In this document: positions 1 to 10,424 of the stretch, in pieces
How positions within the stretch are numbered: position 1 is the first letter of the stretch
How the letters are laid out: every line of letters starts with the position of its first letter
Source of the DNA: Candidatus Zixiibacteriota bacterium
GTDB taxonomy: Bacteria > Zixibacteria > MSB-5A5 > CAIYYT01
Assembly: GCA_040235515.1 (NCBI GenBank)
Contig: JBECKX010000183.1
Location: 1-23,557 of the forward strand
Direction of reading: 5' to 3'
DNA length: 23,557 bases
Translations under genes and position numbers: made by a program
Notes under the pieces: generated by a model
What the model was told of the DNA's origin: nothing
The model's database searches: none
What the model saw: only the letters and a program-made list of their open reading frames with translations

Positions 1-563
1 TAGAGTTTTCAAATGTTGAAGGACCCGATCCCGATCTGCATATCAGGGTGACGACACGGGTGCGGACGTTCGCCGCTGACGCATCAAGCTCCAGTTACGA
101 TGAATTGCGTCTCCAGATCGGCGGCACGCTGTTGCAGCCACAAATCAGTGCAGCCAGCGGTTCACCCTATACCGATGCAGATATCCTCACCCTGTTGCTG
201 GCCAATCAATCAGCATCCTCAGGCGACCAGTTGTCCGGTTCAGGATTTCAGGAACGACTCGGCCAGGGCCTGACCGGGTATTTTGCGACTGTTGCCAGCC
301 AGCGGCTGTCCCGGCGTCTCGGGGTGGAGTTGTTCGAGATCAGGCCGGTGTATGGTGAGAAGAATACGATCGAAGGCGCTTCGGTCTCGCTGGGGTTTTA
401 CACTCTTCCAAATGTTTACACTTACGTCTCTTCACTCACTACCGAGGGGCGGGCGGACTACGGCATCGAATATCGCCTCGGCAGGCATTTCCTGCTCGGA
501 GGACGCTACGATCGTGACAACCTGTGGCGGCTCGATCTGAACCTGAACTGGGAGTTCAGATAG
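1..563 (+). CDS. tamB: Translocation/assembly module TamB (DUF490) C-terminal part, truncated at the window's 5' edge
   Basis: Frame 3 is open from base 3 (EFSNVEGPDPDLHIRVTTR...LRLQIGGTLLQPQI...DADILTLLL...). It ends in amphipathic beta-strands (ADYGIEYRLGRHFLLGGRYD...LDLNLNWEFR) typical of DUF490 and lies directly upstream of an Omp85 gene. Confidence 0.8.
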   Translation, partial: EFSNVEGPDPDLHIRVTTRVRTFAADASSSSYDELRLQIGGTLLQPQISAASGSPYTDADILTLLLANQSASSGDQLSGSGFQERLGQGLTGYFATVASQRLSRRLGVELFEIRPVYGEKNTIEGASVSLGFYTLPNVYTYVSSLTTEGRADYGIEYRLGRHFLLGGRYDRDNLWRLDLNLNWEFR

Positions 564-2461
564 TGTTGCGTCGATTCGTGATTCTGGCGGTGTTGCTGAG
601 CGCGTGCCAGCTTTTGGCAGTGACGCTCCCGCGCGAGAAGCTGAGGTTGCTTTCGAGGCGACCCAAGGTTGCGGGGATCGTGATTCAGGGCAACCGCGCC
701 TTTTCTGCCGACGATATCAAGGGGAAGATGTATACGAAGGAGGATGGCTTCTGGCAGACGGTTGGGCTGATGCGGACCAACAGGTTCGGAAAGATCAACC
801 TTAACCGTGATGAGTTGTTGCTCGAGTATTTCTATCGCACACAGGGATTCGATGATGCCGACGTCACCATCGACTTCGAAGAGGTCGAAGGGCGGCCGGA
901 TGAGACGTTGATCATCGTGACCGTTGCAGAGGGGATCAGGTATCGCGTGGGGGACATTGAGGTGACCGGCAATCTGGGTGCGCAGGGGTACGAAGCGACT
1001 CAGGCTACCAAACCGATGCGCGAGACGAAGTATTTCAATGGATACCTGCTGGAACAGACGCGGCAGGCGATCAAGACCGTCTACGCCAACAATGGTTATC
1101 CCTACGCCAACATCGAGACCTTCAGGACGAAGCACCCGGCGGACTCAACCGTCGACATCGAGTATCGCATCGCGCGCAACCAGTTGGTGTTGTTCGGCCC
1201 GCTGCGGGTGGACACGACTCTGACAACTCAGCGCGAAGTGTTCGAACGTGAAGTGACCTTCAAGCGAGGCGACATCTATCGTCGCCAGAAGTTTGTCGAG
1301 TCCCAGGAAAGACTGATTCGCACGAACCTGTTCAATTTCGTGTCGCTTAACACACCGGACACGATGAGCACGCTCGATTCCCTGATGCCATCGTTCTATG
1401 TCACGGCGGTGGAACGACCGCCACGTTACATCAATCTCGGTATCGGTGCGGCACAGGCTAAAGAGGCGGATATCTCGTGGAACTCGTCGGCAACGTTCGG
1501 TAGTCGCAATATCAAAGGCACCGCGCGCAAGGTGAGTTTCAGGTCAGCTGCGGTGTTTACCTACCAGGACTCGATCGTGGTGCGTCCGCAGTTCGAGTTC
1601 AACTATACCGAGCCGTATCTGTTCAAGCTGCGTCTGCCATTGATCGTCACATTCAAGTTCGAGCCGAGTGCGCCGTCGCTGGTGCAGGACTACAATATCA
1701 GGACCATCAGTATCGATGCCACCGCAATCAGGGAGTTTTCGCTGAAGACGAGGTTGTCGGCTTCACTCAACTACGAGGAAGTGGATATTGCTGTGGATGG
1801 CGAAACAGCCACGCCGGCGGAGCTGGAACAGTTTCGCGAGGAAGAGGGAATCAGCGTGAACCGCCGCTTCATTCTTCAGCTTGAACGTGACAGTCGGCCG
1901 ATCCTGAATCGATTCAATCCAGCCAGCGGGTCATACACGATCTACCGCGCCGAATACGTCGGTGGTATTCTTGGTGGAGACAATGATTTCGTCAAGTTAC
2001 TCTGGAGCTGGTCGCGCTATCAGCGGCTGGGAACCAACTCGGTATTTGCCACCAGGTTCAGGCTTGGCTGGGTGAATGAATTCGGACAGTCGGAGAATGT
2101 TCCCACGAAGGAACGGTTCTACCTCGGTGGAGCCTACACGATTCGTGGTTTTCCGGAGAATGAGTTCGGTCCGAAGAACTCCGATGGTACCTCCACCGGT
2201 GGCGAGGTGATCGGGTTGATGAATGTCGAGATCCGCAAACCCCTCGTCTACAATTTCTGGGGTTCGATTTTTGTGGATGCCGGATTCAACGAGGAGAGCC
2301 TCGCAGCGGTGAAGTTTACCTCTCCGGCGGTGACGACCGGCTTTGGCATCGAGTATATGTCGCCGGTAGGACCGCTGCGCATCGACTATGGACAACGCAC
2401 CAGCGTCAATGGTTATCCGAGTGGCGGGCAGTTTCATTTCGGAATTCTCTATGCGTTCTAG
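563..2461 (+). CDS. Omp85-family outer membrane protein (TamA/TamL/BamA-like), about 3 POTRA domains plus beta-barrel
   Basis: The GTG at 563 overlaps the tamB TAG (TAGTG). Signal peptide MLRRFVILAVLLSAC. POTRA motifs (IVIQGNRAFS, YRTQGFDDA, YANNGYPYA). Barrel loop-6 motif RFYLGGAYTIRGF, YMSPVGPLRIDYG, C-terminal Phe. Confidence 0.9.
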   Translation: MLRRFVILAVLLSACQLLAVTLPREKLRLLSRRPKVAGIVIQGNRAFSADDIKGKMYTKEDGFWQTVGLMRTNRFGKINLNRDELLLEYFYRTQGFDDADVTIDFEEVEGRPDETLIIVTVAEGIRYRVGDIEVTGNLGAQGYEATQATKPMRETKYFNGYLLEQTRQAIKTVYANNGYPYANIETFRTKHPADSTVDIEYRIARNQLVLFGPLRVDTTLTTQREVFEREVTFKRGDIYRRQKFVESQERLIRTNLFNFVSLNTPDTMSTLDSLMPSFYVTAVERPPRYINLGIGAAQAKEADISWNSSATFGSRNIKGTARKVSFRSAAVFTYQDSIVVRPQFEFNYTEPYLFKLRLPLIVTFKFEPSAPSLVQDYNIRTISIDATAIREFSLKTRLSASLNYEEVDIAVDGETATPAELEQFREEEGISVNRRFILQLERDSRPILNRFNPASGSYTIYRAEYVGGILGGDNDFVKLLWSWSRYQRLGTNSVFATRFRLGWVNEFGQSENVPTKERFYLGGAYTIRGFPENEFGPKNSDGTSTGGEVIGLMNVEIRKPLVYNFWGSIFVDAGFNEESLAAVKFTSPAVTTGFGIEYMSPVGPLRIDYGQRTSVNGYPSGGQFHFGILYAF

Positions 2462-2479
2462 GGTTGGAAAGGTGGCCAC

Positions 2480-3247
2480 ATGCACAACGATATGACAACG
2501 ATCGGGATGGTCCTGGCACTGACGCCGGAAGACCATTCGCTGCCGACTCAGCCGGCGTACAGATTCGAGTTCCTCAAACAGCATTACTACGAGGCGCTCG
2601 AGAGTTATGGAGTATTGACTATCGCTATCCCATGCACGCTTCGTCATGAGTTGATCGAACAGTACTGCAGCCTGGTGGATGGCCTTTTGATCATGGGGGG
2701 TGAGGATGTTCATCCGGAGTTGTATGGCGAGGAGATCGATCCGCGCTGCAAGCCGCAGATGCCGCGCCGTGACAGCTTCGAGGCCAAATTGATTCGAACT
2801 GCCTACGAGTGGGGGATTCCGTTGCTGGGGGTGTGTCGCGGAATTCAGATCATGAATGTGGCTTTCGGGGGGACGCTTTACCAGGACCTCGCCGACCACC
2901 CGGGCAGTGACCCGGAACGGATCAGTCATGCGCAGATCGGGGAGCTTGATTTCTCCACCAGTCACGAGGTGGAGATCGCCGAGGGCAGCAGACTCTTCTC
3001 GCTGGTTGGAGAGCAAAGCATCGAGACGAATACGTGTCACCATCAGGCCATCAAGCGGGTTGCTGATGGCTTCACCGTATCAGCCAGGACCGGGGATGGT
3101 GTCGCTGAAGCGTTGGAACCGAGCGGTTCCGGTTCATTTCTGCTGGGGGTTCAGTGGCACCCGGAGGTTTGGCCGCATGACCCGGTCTCGCGGGCAATCT
3201 TCGGTGGCTTCTGCAGGGAAGCGGATCAGCGGAGGCTTGCCAGATAG
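2480..3247 (+). CDS. Gamma-glutamyl-gamma-aminobutyrate hydrolase-like (peptidase C26, class I glutamine amidotransferase fold)
   Basis: DGLLIMGGEDVHP, nucleophile elbow GVCRGIQ, HHQAI and GVQWHPE (Cys-His-Glu triad). Confidence 0.9.
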   Translation: MHNDMTTIGMVLALTPEDHSLPTQPAYRFEFLKQHYYEALESYGVLTIAIPCTLRHELIEQYCSLVDGLLIMGGEDVHPELYGEEIDPRCKPQMPRRDSFEAKLIRTAYEWGIPLLGVCRGIQIMNVAFGGTLYQDLADHPGSDPERISHAQIGELDFSTSHEVEIAEGSRLFSLVGEQSIETNTCHHQAIKRVADGFTVSARTGDGVAEALEPSGSGSFLLGVQWHPEVWPHDPVSRAIFGGFCREADQRRLAR

Positions 3248-3316
3248 AGATCGCCGTCGACCTGAATCGGCATATTCAATCCAAAGCCGCAAATGTCGAA
3301 GTTTGAAGGGGTTGGC

Positions 3317-3369
3317 CGGCAAATATTTTCTTTGCCGCGCCGATAAAACTTACTAAGTTTGCCGCACTT
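3317..3369 (+). promoter_or_regulatory. Palindrome-rich putative promoter/operator region upstream of mreB
   Basis: CGGCAAA-N7-TTTGCCG (3317-3337), AAACTTA-C-TAAGTTT (3346-3360) and AAGT-N7-ACTT (3355-3369). A possible TTGCCG-N16-TAAGTT sigma-70 promoter overlaps them. Confidence 0.4.
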
Positions 3370-3435
3370 AAGCTGGCGAAAAAGTGCCCCTCTCGGGTTG
3401 GGCTTGAAGTTTGGCGAAGACACTCAGGACAATGA

Positions 3436-4467
<1,032 letters not shown>

Positions 4468-4490
4468 TCCGCTCTCTCCTGTCGAAGGAA

Positions 4491-5009
4491 ATGCCAACAC
4501 AATTCGAGATTTACGAGGGGTCGATCACAGACCTCGAAGTTGACGCCATTGTCAACGCTGCGAACAGATCCCTGCTGGGGGGCGGTGGGGTAGATGGCGC
4601 AATTCATCGAGCGGCCGGTCCGCAACTGCTCGCCGCGTGCAGCGTGCTGGGGGGATGCGAGACGGGGGATGCGAAAATCACGCCCGGCTTCAACCTGAAC
4701 GCGCGCTTTGTCATTCATACTGTGGGACCGGTTTGGGAGGATGGGCGTTCCGGTGAGCCGGAACTGCTCGCCAGTTGTTACCGCCGTAGCTTTGAACTGT
4801 CGCGAGAATTCGAGTTGAGATCGCTTGCCTTTCCGGCGATCAGTACCGGCGCGTATCATTTTCCGCTCAGGAAGGCCACGGAAATAGCAGTTTCGACATG
4901 CCGGGCAGAGGCAGCGAATTCGCCTACGATTGAGAAGGTGTTATTTGCGTGTTTTGGAGAGGAGGTTGCAGCGATATACCTGGAAACGTTGCATCGCGCC
5001 TCTTCCTAA
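4491..5009 (+). CDS. ymdB: Macrodomain O-acetyl-ADP-ribose deacetylase (YmdB/MacroD type)
   Basis: DAIVNAANRSLLGGGGVDGAIHRAAG, VIHTVGPVW, LAFPAISTGAYHFP. Confidence 0.93.
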   Translation: MPTQFEIYEGSITDLEVDAIVNAANRSLLGGGGVDGAIHRAAGPQLLAACSVLGGCETGDAKITPGFNLNARFVIHTVGPVWEDGRSGEPELLASCYRRSFELSREFELRSLAFPAISTGAYHFPLRKATEIAVSTCRAEAANSPTIEKVLFACFGEEVAAIYLETLHRASS

Positions 5010-5027
5010 CCGATTTATCCTATCACG

Positions 5028-5065
5028 TCTGCCATTTTGGCCAGATCTGCCGAAAAAATGGCAGA
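5028..5065. repeat. Perfect 11-bp inverted repeat between ymdB and the rnr promoter
   Basis: TCTGCCATTTT (5028-5038), a 16-nt spacer, then AAAATGGCAGA (5055-5065). No U-tract follows on either strand. Confidence 0.7.
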
Positions 5066-5070
5066 AAAAG

Positions 5071-5100
5071 TTGACCTACACATAAGAAAATCCGTAAAGT
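5071..5100 (+). promoter_or_regulatory. Putative sigma-70 promoter of rnr (leaderless)
   Basis: TTGACC (5071-5076)-N18-TAAAGT (5095-5100). The ATG is at 5106 with no SD. Confidence 0.55.
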
Positions 5101-5105
5101 ATAGT

Positions 5106-7286
5106 ATGAAAGTTACAAAAGAGAAAATACTGGAATATATCAAGTCAAGCGCCTACCGTCCGGTCAGGACACGCGAACTCTCCCGGCTCCTGGGAGTCTC
5201 TGAAAGCGATTATTCCGAATTCAGAAATCTGGTTAAGAAATTGATCAGCGCGGAAAAACTCGCCAAGCAGCGCCGTGGCAAGGTGGGGCTTGCGCTCAAA
5301 CAAGAGGGAACAGTCGGTATCCTGAGCGTCACCAAGTCGGGGCGCGCATTTGTGGAACCGGATAATGGTTCTGCCGAGATTGCGATCACTTCGGAGGGGT
5401 TGAGTACGGCACTGCATGGAGACAAAGTCTCGGTGCGGGTATTCCGACGCGACAGCAAGGGGCGACCACTCGGTGAAGTTATCGATGTGGTGGAGCGCAA
5501 CACCTCCCAGATAGTGGGGAAATACTTCGAGAGCAGATTTCACAGCTTCGTCGTTCCCGACAATCCACGACTAAACATCGAGGTCAATGTCGAACCTCCG
5601 CGTGACAAGCAGTTCGAGTTGCGCAACGGCGTTAAGGTAGTCGTGGCGCTCGAAAAATGGACCAATCCCGATGAAATGCCGCGCGGCAGGATTGTCGAAA
5701 TCCTCGGGATGACAGGTGATCCCAACGTTGATGTCCTGAGTGTCATCCATTCCTTCAATCTTCCGATGAGTTTTCCGGCTCCAGTGGAAGAAGAGGCTGC
5801 GGCCTTCGGCGACGTGATTCCGCAGAGCGAGATCAAGCGAAGGCTTGACCTGCGCAAGAAGGTACTCTTCACGATCGACCCGGAGGATGCCAAGGATCAC
5901 GACGATGCAGTATCGCTGGATGTATCGAAGCAGGGTTACCGACTCGGTGTGCATATTGCGGATGTGAGCCACTATGTGGCGGACAAATCGAGGCTTGACC
6001 GGGAGGCACGCGCGCGAACAGCGTCGGCGTACCTGGTCGACCGCGTGATCCCGATGCTGCCCGAGCACCTCTCCAACAACCTGTGCTCGCTGCGAGAGAA
6101 AGAGGAGCGGCTTGCCCTGAGCGCTTTCATTGATCTGGACATTCATGGGAAAGTGCGCGGTTGTGAAGTGGTGGAGAGCGTAATCTGTTCCTCTGCCAAG
6201 CTCAGCTATGAGCAGGTTCAACACTTCCTCGACACCGGCGAGGGTTTCGGCAAGCGAAAGCGCATCGGCAGCAAACTCAAGGAGATGGCTGAGCTGGCGC
6301 AAAAGCTTCTTCGCCGCCGACTTGACGCCGGCGCGATCGATTTCGACCTGCCGGAGTACAAAGTTCACGTCGACGAGAATGGCATCGTCGAGCGAATCTC
6401 GCGGCGGGAGCGGCTGCTGTCGCATCGTATGATCGAGGAATTCATGCTGCTGGCGAACCAGCAGGTTGCGCACTATATGCTTAAACGGGGATTGCCGGCG
6501 CTGTTTCGTGTGCACCCACCGCCTGATGAAGAGAAGCTGCGCGACTTTCAGGAGTTCGCCGAGACGTTCGGCCATACGGCATCATTCGGCTCGCCGCCCA
6601 GGCCGAAGAACATCTCCAACTTCCTGCATAAGATCAAAGACCATGAGGACGCGGATATCCTCAACGAAGTATTGGTACGCTCGATGCAGAAGGCGTACTA
6701 TCAACCGGAGAACATCGGGCACTTCGGCCTGGCGTTTTCCGCCTACCTGCATTTCACCTCCCCGATCAGGCGTTACCCTGATCTGATCGTCCACAGGATT
6801 TTGAAGAGCGATCTCAATCGACGGATCAAGAAGGCGCAGTTCGGCGCACTGACAGGCAGCCTGAAGCGAATCGGCAAGCATTGTTCGGAGCAGGAGGTCG
6901 TGATCATGGAAGCTGAGCGCGAGACGATTTCGATCAAGCAGGCGGAGTTCATGTCACGGCATCTTGGAGATATCTTTGAGGGTGTCATCAGCGGCATGCT
7001 GCGATTTGGATTTTTCGTGCGGATAGTCGATATCGGCGCAGAGGGGATGGTACGGCTCGCTTCGGTCGAGGGTGACTATTTCTATGCAGACGTGGAAAAG
7101 CACGTCATCATCGGCAAGCGCAGCGGCAGCAAGTTGCACCTCGGGGAAAAGGTGACGGTGCAGGTCGTGAGCGTAAGCATCGAGAATGGCGAAATCGACC
7201 TCAAGCTGGTGCAGGGACAGACCGCTCCAAAGTCGGAAGCAAGTCGCAAGAAGCAGAAGGGACGCCGGCGCAGGCGAAAGAAATAA
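5106..7286 (+). CDS. rnr: Ribonuclease R
   Basis: N-terminal HTH and cold-shock domains (ALHGDKV), RNB catalytic motif TIDPEDAKDHDDA, MIEEFML, HFTSPIRRYPDL, an S1 domain and a basic C-terminal tail (KKQKGRRRRRKK) characteristic of RNase R. Start placed at MKVTKEKI. Confidence 0.96.
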   Translation: MKVTKEKILEYIKSSAYRPVRTRELSRLLGVSESDYSEFRNLVKKLISAEKLAKQRRGKVGLALKQEGTVGILSVTKSGRAFVEPDNGSAEIAITSEGLSTALHGDKVSVRVFRRDSKGRPLGEVIDVVERNTSQIVGKYFESRFHSFVVPDNPRLNIEVNVEPPRDKQFELRNGVKVVVALEKWTNPDEMPRGRIVEILGMTGDPNVDVLSVIHSFNLPMSFPAPVEEEAAAFGDVIPQSEIKRRLDLRKKVLFTIDPEDAKDHDDAVSLDVSKQGYRLGVHIADVSHYVADKSRLDREARARTASAYLVDRVIPMLPEHLSNNLCSLREKEERLALSAFIDLDIHGKVRGCEVVESVICSSAKLSYEQVQHFLDTGEGFGKRKRIGSKLKEMAELAQKLLRRRLDAGAIDFDLPEYKVHVDENGIVERISRRERLLSHRMIEEFMLLANQQVAHYMLKRGLPALFRVHPPPDEEKLRDFQEFAETFGHTASFGSPPRPKNISNFLHKIKDHEDADILNEVLVRSMQKAYYQPENIGHFGLAFSAYLHFTSPIRRYPDLIVHRILKSDLNRRIKKAQFGALTGSLKRIGKHCSEQEVVIMEAERETISIKQAEFMSRHLGDIFEGVISGMLRFGFFVRIVDIGAEGMVRLASVEGDYFYADVEKHVIIGKRSGSKLHLGEKVTVQVVSVSIENGEIDLKLVQGQTAPKSEASRKKQKGRRRRRKK

Positions 7287-7316
7287 GGCAGTGTCTGGAG
7301 CTTTGGGATCGCATCA

Positions 7317-8741
7317 ATGAGCTATCGAGTAGCGGTACTGGAAAAATCGCGGCTGTTGAAGGAGGCAGCAGAGCGGTTGGAGAAGAAGGGGCTGGTGGAA
7401 GTTGCGCCGGTAAGGGAGGGACATGATCTCCTCCGGCTAGCGGCGGAGGGTGGAGTTAGATTTGTTCTGATTGACCTGGAACAACTCGGCGGAGAGGCGA
7501 TGCCTCTGATCAGGAGATTGAACCGGGTCGCACCGCTTGCAGATCTAATAGTGATGGGTGCGGCGCCAGTTGATGCTTCACTTACACTCGATTACCAACT
7601 CGATCAATCGGCTACTCTGAGTGATGTCGCCGCCACGCTGAAGGACGCACTTGAACTTCGCACACTTCTTGACGATTCAGGCTTGTACGGCCACTCCAGG
7701 AATCTGCGTGACGCCGCCCGCAGGATTCGTGAGGTTGCGGGGTCCGATATTTCGGTCCTGATCACGGGGCCATCCGGCAGTGGCAAGGAGCTGATCGCGA
7801 AGGCTGTTCACGCCAGTTCCAAACGCGCCACGCAGCCATTCATCTCGATCAATTGCGCTTCAATTCCGGAAGCACTGCTGGAGTCGGAGTTGTTCGGTCA
7901 TGAGAAGGGGGCGTTCACCGGGGCTGACGCAAAGCGAGAAGGTCTGATGCGCGCAGCAAACAGGGGGACACTCTTCCTCGACGAGATCGGGGAGATGCAT
8001 CCTCGCTTGCAGGCGAAGCTGCTACGTGCCATCGACACGCGCACATTTATTCCGGTGGGTGGACAGAAGCCGGTGGAAGTGGATGTTCGCTTCGTTGCGG
8101 CAACCAATCGCGAGTTGCAGCGAGAGGTTGATGCCGGGAATTTCCGCGCAGACCTCTACTACCGCCTCGGTGTTATCACGATTCGCATGCAGCGGCTGGC
8201 CGAGCGAACCGAGGACATCTTGCCGATCATCGCGCACTACCTCGGGGAAATCGGCAGCGAGATCGAATTCACGCCGGATGCGACCGATCTTCTGCTGCGC
8301 TACAACTGGCCCGGAAATGTGCGCGAGCTGACTAACTTCCTGCAAAGATTGACTGTGACCGTAAAGGGTGGTGAGGTTAACCGCGAGCGGGTCTCGCAGC
8401 TGCTGGATCAAGGAGGAAACCCTGATCGAACCCTGCCGGTGGCCACCGGTTTGAGCAGCGAGGAGTCAGGCTATCGATTGATTTATCAGGCCCTCCTCAA
8501 CCTAGCGAATGAGATCGTGGAGATGAAACGAATGCTGGCGGAACACCTTGACAAAGAAGGCCATGATTCGGTATACTCACCAACAGAGCAGCATTCCGGT
8601 GTTGACCTTGAGAGTATGGAAGAGCAGATGATCAGGGATACGCTCTATCGTGTCGGCGGTAACCGGAAGAAAGCTGCGGAGATGCTGGGGATCGGTGAGC
8701 GCACGCTCTACCGCAAATTGAAAAAATACGGGATGTCATAG
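7317..8741 (+). CDS. Sigma-54-dependent enhancer-binding protein (NtrC/Fis family) with degenerate N-terminal receiver-like domain
   Basis: Walker A GPSGSGKE, ESELFGHEKGAFTGA, Walker B FLDEIGEM, FRADLYYRL, WPGNVREL and Fis-type HTH GNRKKAAEMLGIGERTLYRKL. Confidence 0.95.
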   Translation: MSYRVAVLEKSRLLKEAAERLEKKGLVEVAPVREGHDLLRLAAEGGVRFVLIDLEQLGGEAMPLIRRLNRVAPLADLIVMGAAPVDASLTLDYQLDQSATLSDVAATLKDALELRTLLDDSGLYGHSRNLRDAARRIREVAGSDISVLITGPSGSGKELIAKAVHASSKRATQPFISINCASIPEALLESELFGHEKGAFTGADAKREGLMRAANRGTLFLDEIGEMHPRLQAKLLRAIDTRTFIPVGGQKPVEVDVRFVAATNRELQREVDAGNFRADLYYRLGVITIRMQRLAERTEDILPIIAHYLGEIGSEIEFTPDATDLLLRYNWPGNVRELTNFLQRLTVTVKGGEVNRERVSQLLDQGGNPDRTLPVATGLSSEESGYRLIYQALLNLANEIVEMKRMLAEHLDKEGHDSVYSPTEQHSGVDLESMEEQMIRDTLYRVGGNRKKAAEMLGIGERTLYRKLKKYGMS

Positions 8742-8777
8742 TTAGCACTTAATCCTTAAGATAGAAACACTAAAGGG

Positions 8778-10358
8778 ATGAAACTGCCGGTCGGAATGAC
8801 GGCGCTACTGGTTTCGTGTCTTCTTGTCAGCGCCGCACCACATTCACTTACCTCCGTCTGGTTTGGCGGGAGAGAGTATGACGATCTTGCCGAGCTTGAT
8901 CGGGCACGGGGCGCAGGTGAGATTTCTGACGAGGAGTATGAAATCCTGACGGAAGCACTACTCACCGGTGAAGTCTCAGACTCGGCCTCGTATCTCGGCA
9001 TCACCCTGGAGGAGGCCGTCCCTCAACGTACAGGGCCACGTCGCCTCGGGTATCGAGGTACACTGGTGCAGCCGCTGGAGGAGGGGGGTGAGTATCGGCG
9101 CTACGACTTGATCGACTTCAAACAGAATGAGTGGGAATGCGAGCTCGATTTTGAGCAACGTGGTGCCGAACCGGTGTTGATTCGCTCTCGCTCGATCAGC
9201 TACAAACGGGGGCGAACGCAACTGACGCTCGGTAGTTACAGTCTCAAGCTCGGCAGGGGTGTGGCGGTCGGTAATGCGGTGTTCACATCGACCCTGCGCC
9301 GGGAAGGGAGCCTGGTCGAATCGCTGCTCCTGCCTGTAAAGAACAGAGAGAATGGCTTCAAAGGAGGGACTGTAATCGGCCCGCTTGCCATGACAATCTT
9401 CCATTCCCAACTTGAGGGGAAAGAGTTCTACAGGAAAAGCAGCGGTGGTGAGGTGAGCTTGCAGATGGAGAAGGGGGCGATTGGATTCATTGCAATGCGG
9501 CAGAGTGTTGGTGCAATTGGTGGAGAGAGTTTGGTGCGCCACTTCATCGGTCCGGCGCTTGCGATCGAATGGGCTCATCTGCAGTGTGCGGGCGAGTCTT
9601 CATTCTTGATTGATGGGGGTGGTGGCCACTCATATTCGCTTGAGTACAATTTCGAAGGTGTTAAGCAGGAAGTAGGAGTTTTCTCATACTCGCGTGGTTA
9701 CAGGAATCCGCAATCGGGTGGTTACGCCTACTCCGACTACGAACAAATGGAGATCGGTGAAATCGCTTTGAGTTTCAGTGACAAACGGAGTGGCAGAATC
9801 GGAGTGACCCTGTCGACTCTTTATGCACCGACAAAGGTGATACGAGTTCAGGCCGACCTGGTGCGTTGGCGTAATCGACTCGATGAACGCGAGTGTGTGG
9901 CGGCACGCGGTGGCGTGGTGTTGAAGCCTGCGAGTGGCTTTTTGAGGGATATCAGTGTTCGTGGAGTATGGGAAGATTTCGATATTGCCGGCGCGGGAGT
10001 GGATCAGAATCGCTACCTCTCGACGACCACGCGCTTCAGGCTATCAACTGAAAGCGACTTAAAGTTCTACGCCCGTCTGCAGGAGCGGAATTCCAGCAGC
10101 GGCCGGCGGTTGCCAGTACGAATTCAGGCGGACTTCCGACGAGAAATGGGAAGATCGCTGGCGGCGAGGGCAGGGGTTTATCTCTACGATCCGGATTGGG
10201 GAGTCACGGCAGACCAGTATGGAGGGTGGTACGTTGAGCAGGTGTGGCAACGCGAGTTGCTGTTTGAATTGGCTACTCGTGTGGGATCACGCTATCAACC
10301 GAATGCAGACGGCTGGAGCGATTGGGAGGTCAGAATGGTTGCGGAAGCCGCGATCTGA
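8778..10358 (+). CDS. Exported hypothetical protein, probable outer-membrane beta-barrel (resembles the barrel part of FCB 'helix-hairpin-helix domain' OM proteins)
   Basis: Signal peptide MKLPVGMTALLVSCLLVSA. A short helical N-terminal segment is followed by many alternating-hydrophobic beta-strands, including LGSYSLKLGRGVAVG. Family assignment is by recall only. Confidence 0.55.
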   Translation: MKLPVGMTALLVSCLLVSAAPHSLTSVWFGGREYDDLAELDRARGAGEISDEEYEILTEALLTGEVSDSASYLGITLEEAVPQRTGPRRLGYRGTLVQPLEEGGEYRRYDLIDFKQNEWECELDFEQRGAEPVLIRSRSISYKRGRTQLTLGSYSLKLGRGVAVGNAVFTSTLRREGSLVESLLLPVKNRENGFKGGTVIGPLAMTIFHSQLEGKEFYRKSSGGEVSLQMEKGAIGFIAMRQSVGAIGGESLVRHFIGPALAIEWAHLQCAGESSFLIDGGGGHSYSLEYNFEGVKQEVGVFSYSRGYRNPQSGGYAYSDYEQMEIGEIALSFSDKRSGRIGVTLSTLYAPTKVIRVQADLVRWRNRLDERECVAARGGVVLKPASGFLRDISVRGVWEDFDIAGAGVDQNRYLSTTTRFRLSTESDLKFYARLQERNSSSGRRLPVRIQADFRREMGRSLAARAGVYLYDPDWGVTADQYGGWYVEQVWQRELLFELATRVGSRYQPNADGWSDWEVRMVAEAAI

Positions 10359-10424
10359 GGTGTGTGGGTCTTGCAGCGACGGGGCTGAGCATTGACAATG
10401 GCAGTAGAAAGGAGGATGCGGAAG

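Noticed and set aside
8742..8768. TTAGCACTT resembling the left arm of a CIRCE (HrcA) element
   Set aside because: The right arm GAGTGCTAA is absent at the 9-nt spacing, and the downstream gene is not a chaperone.
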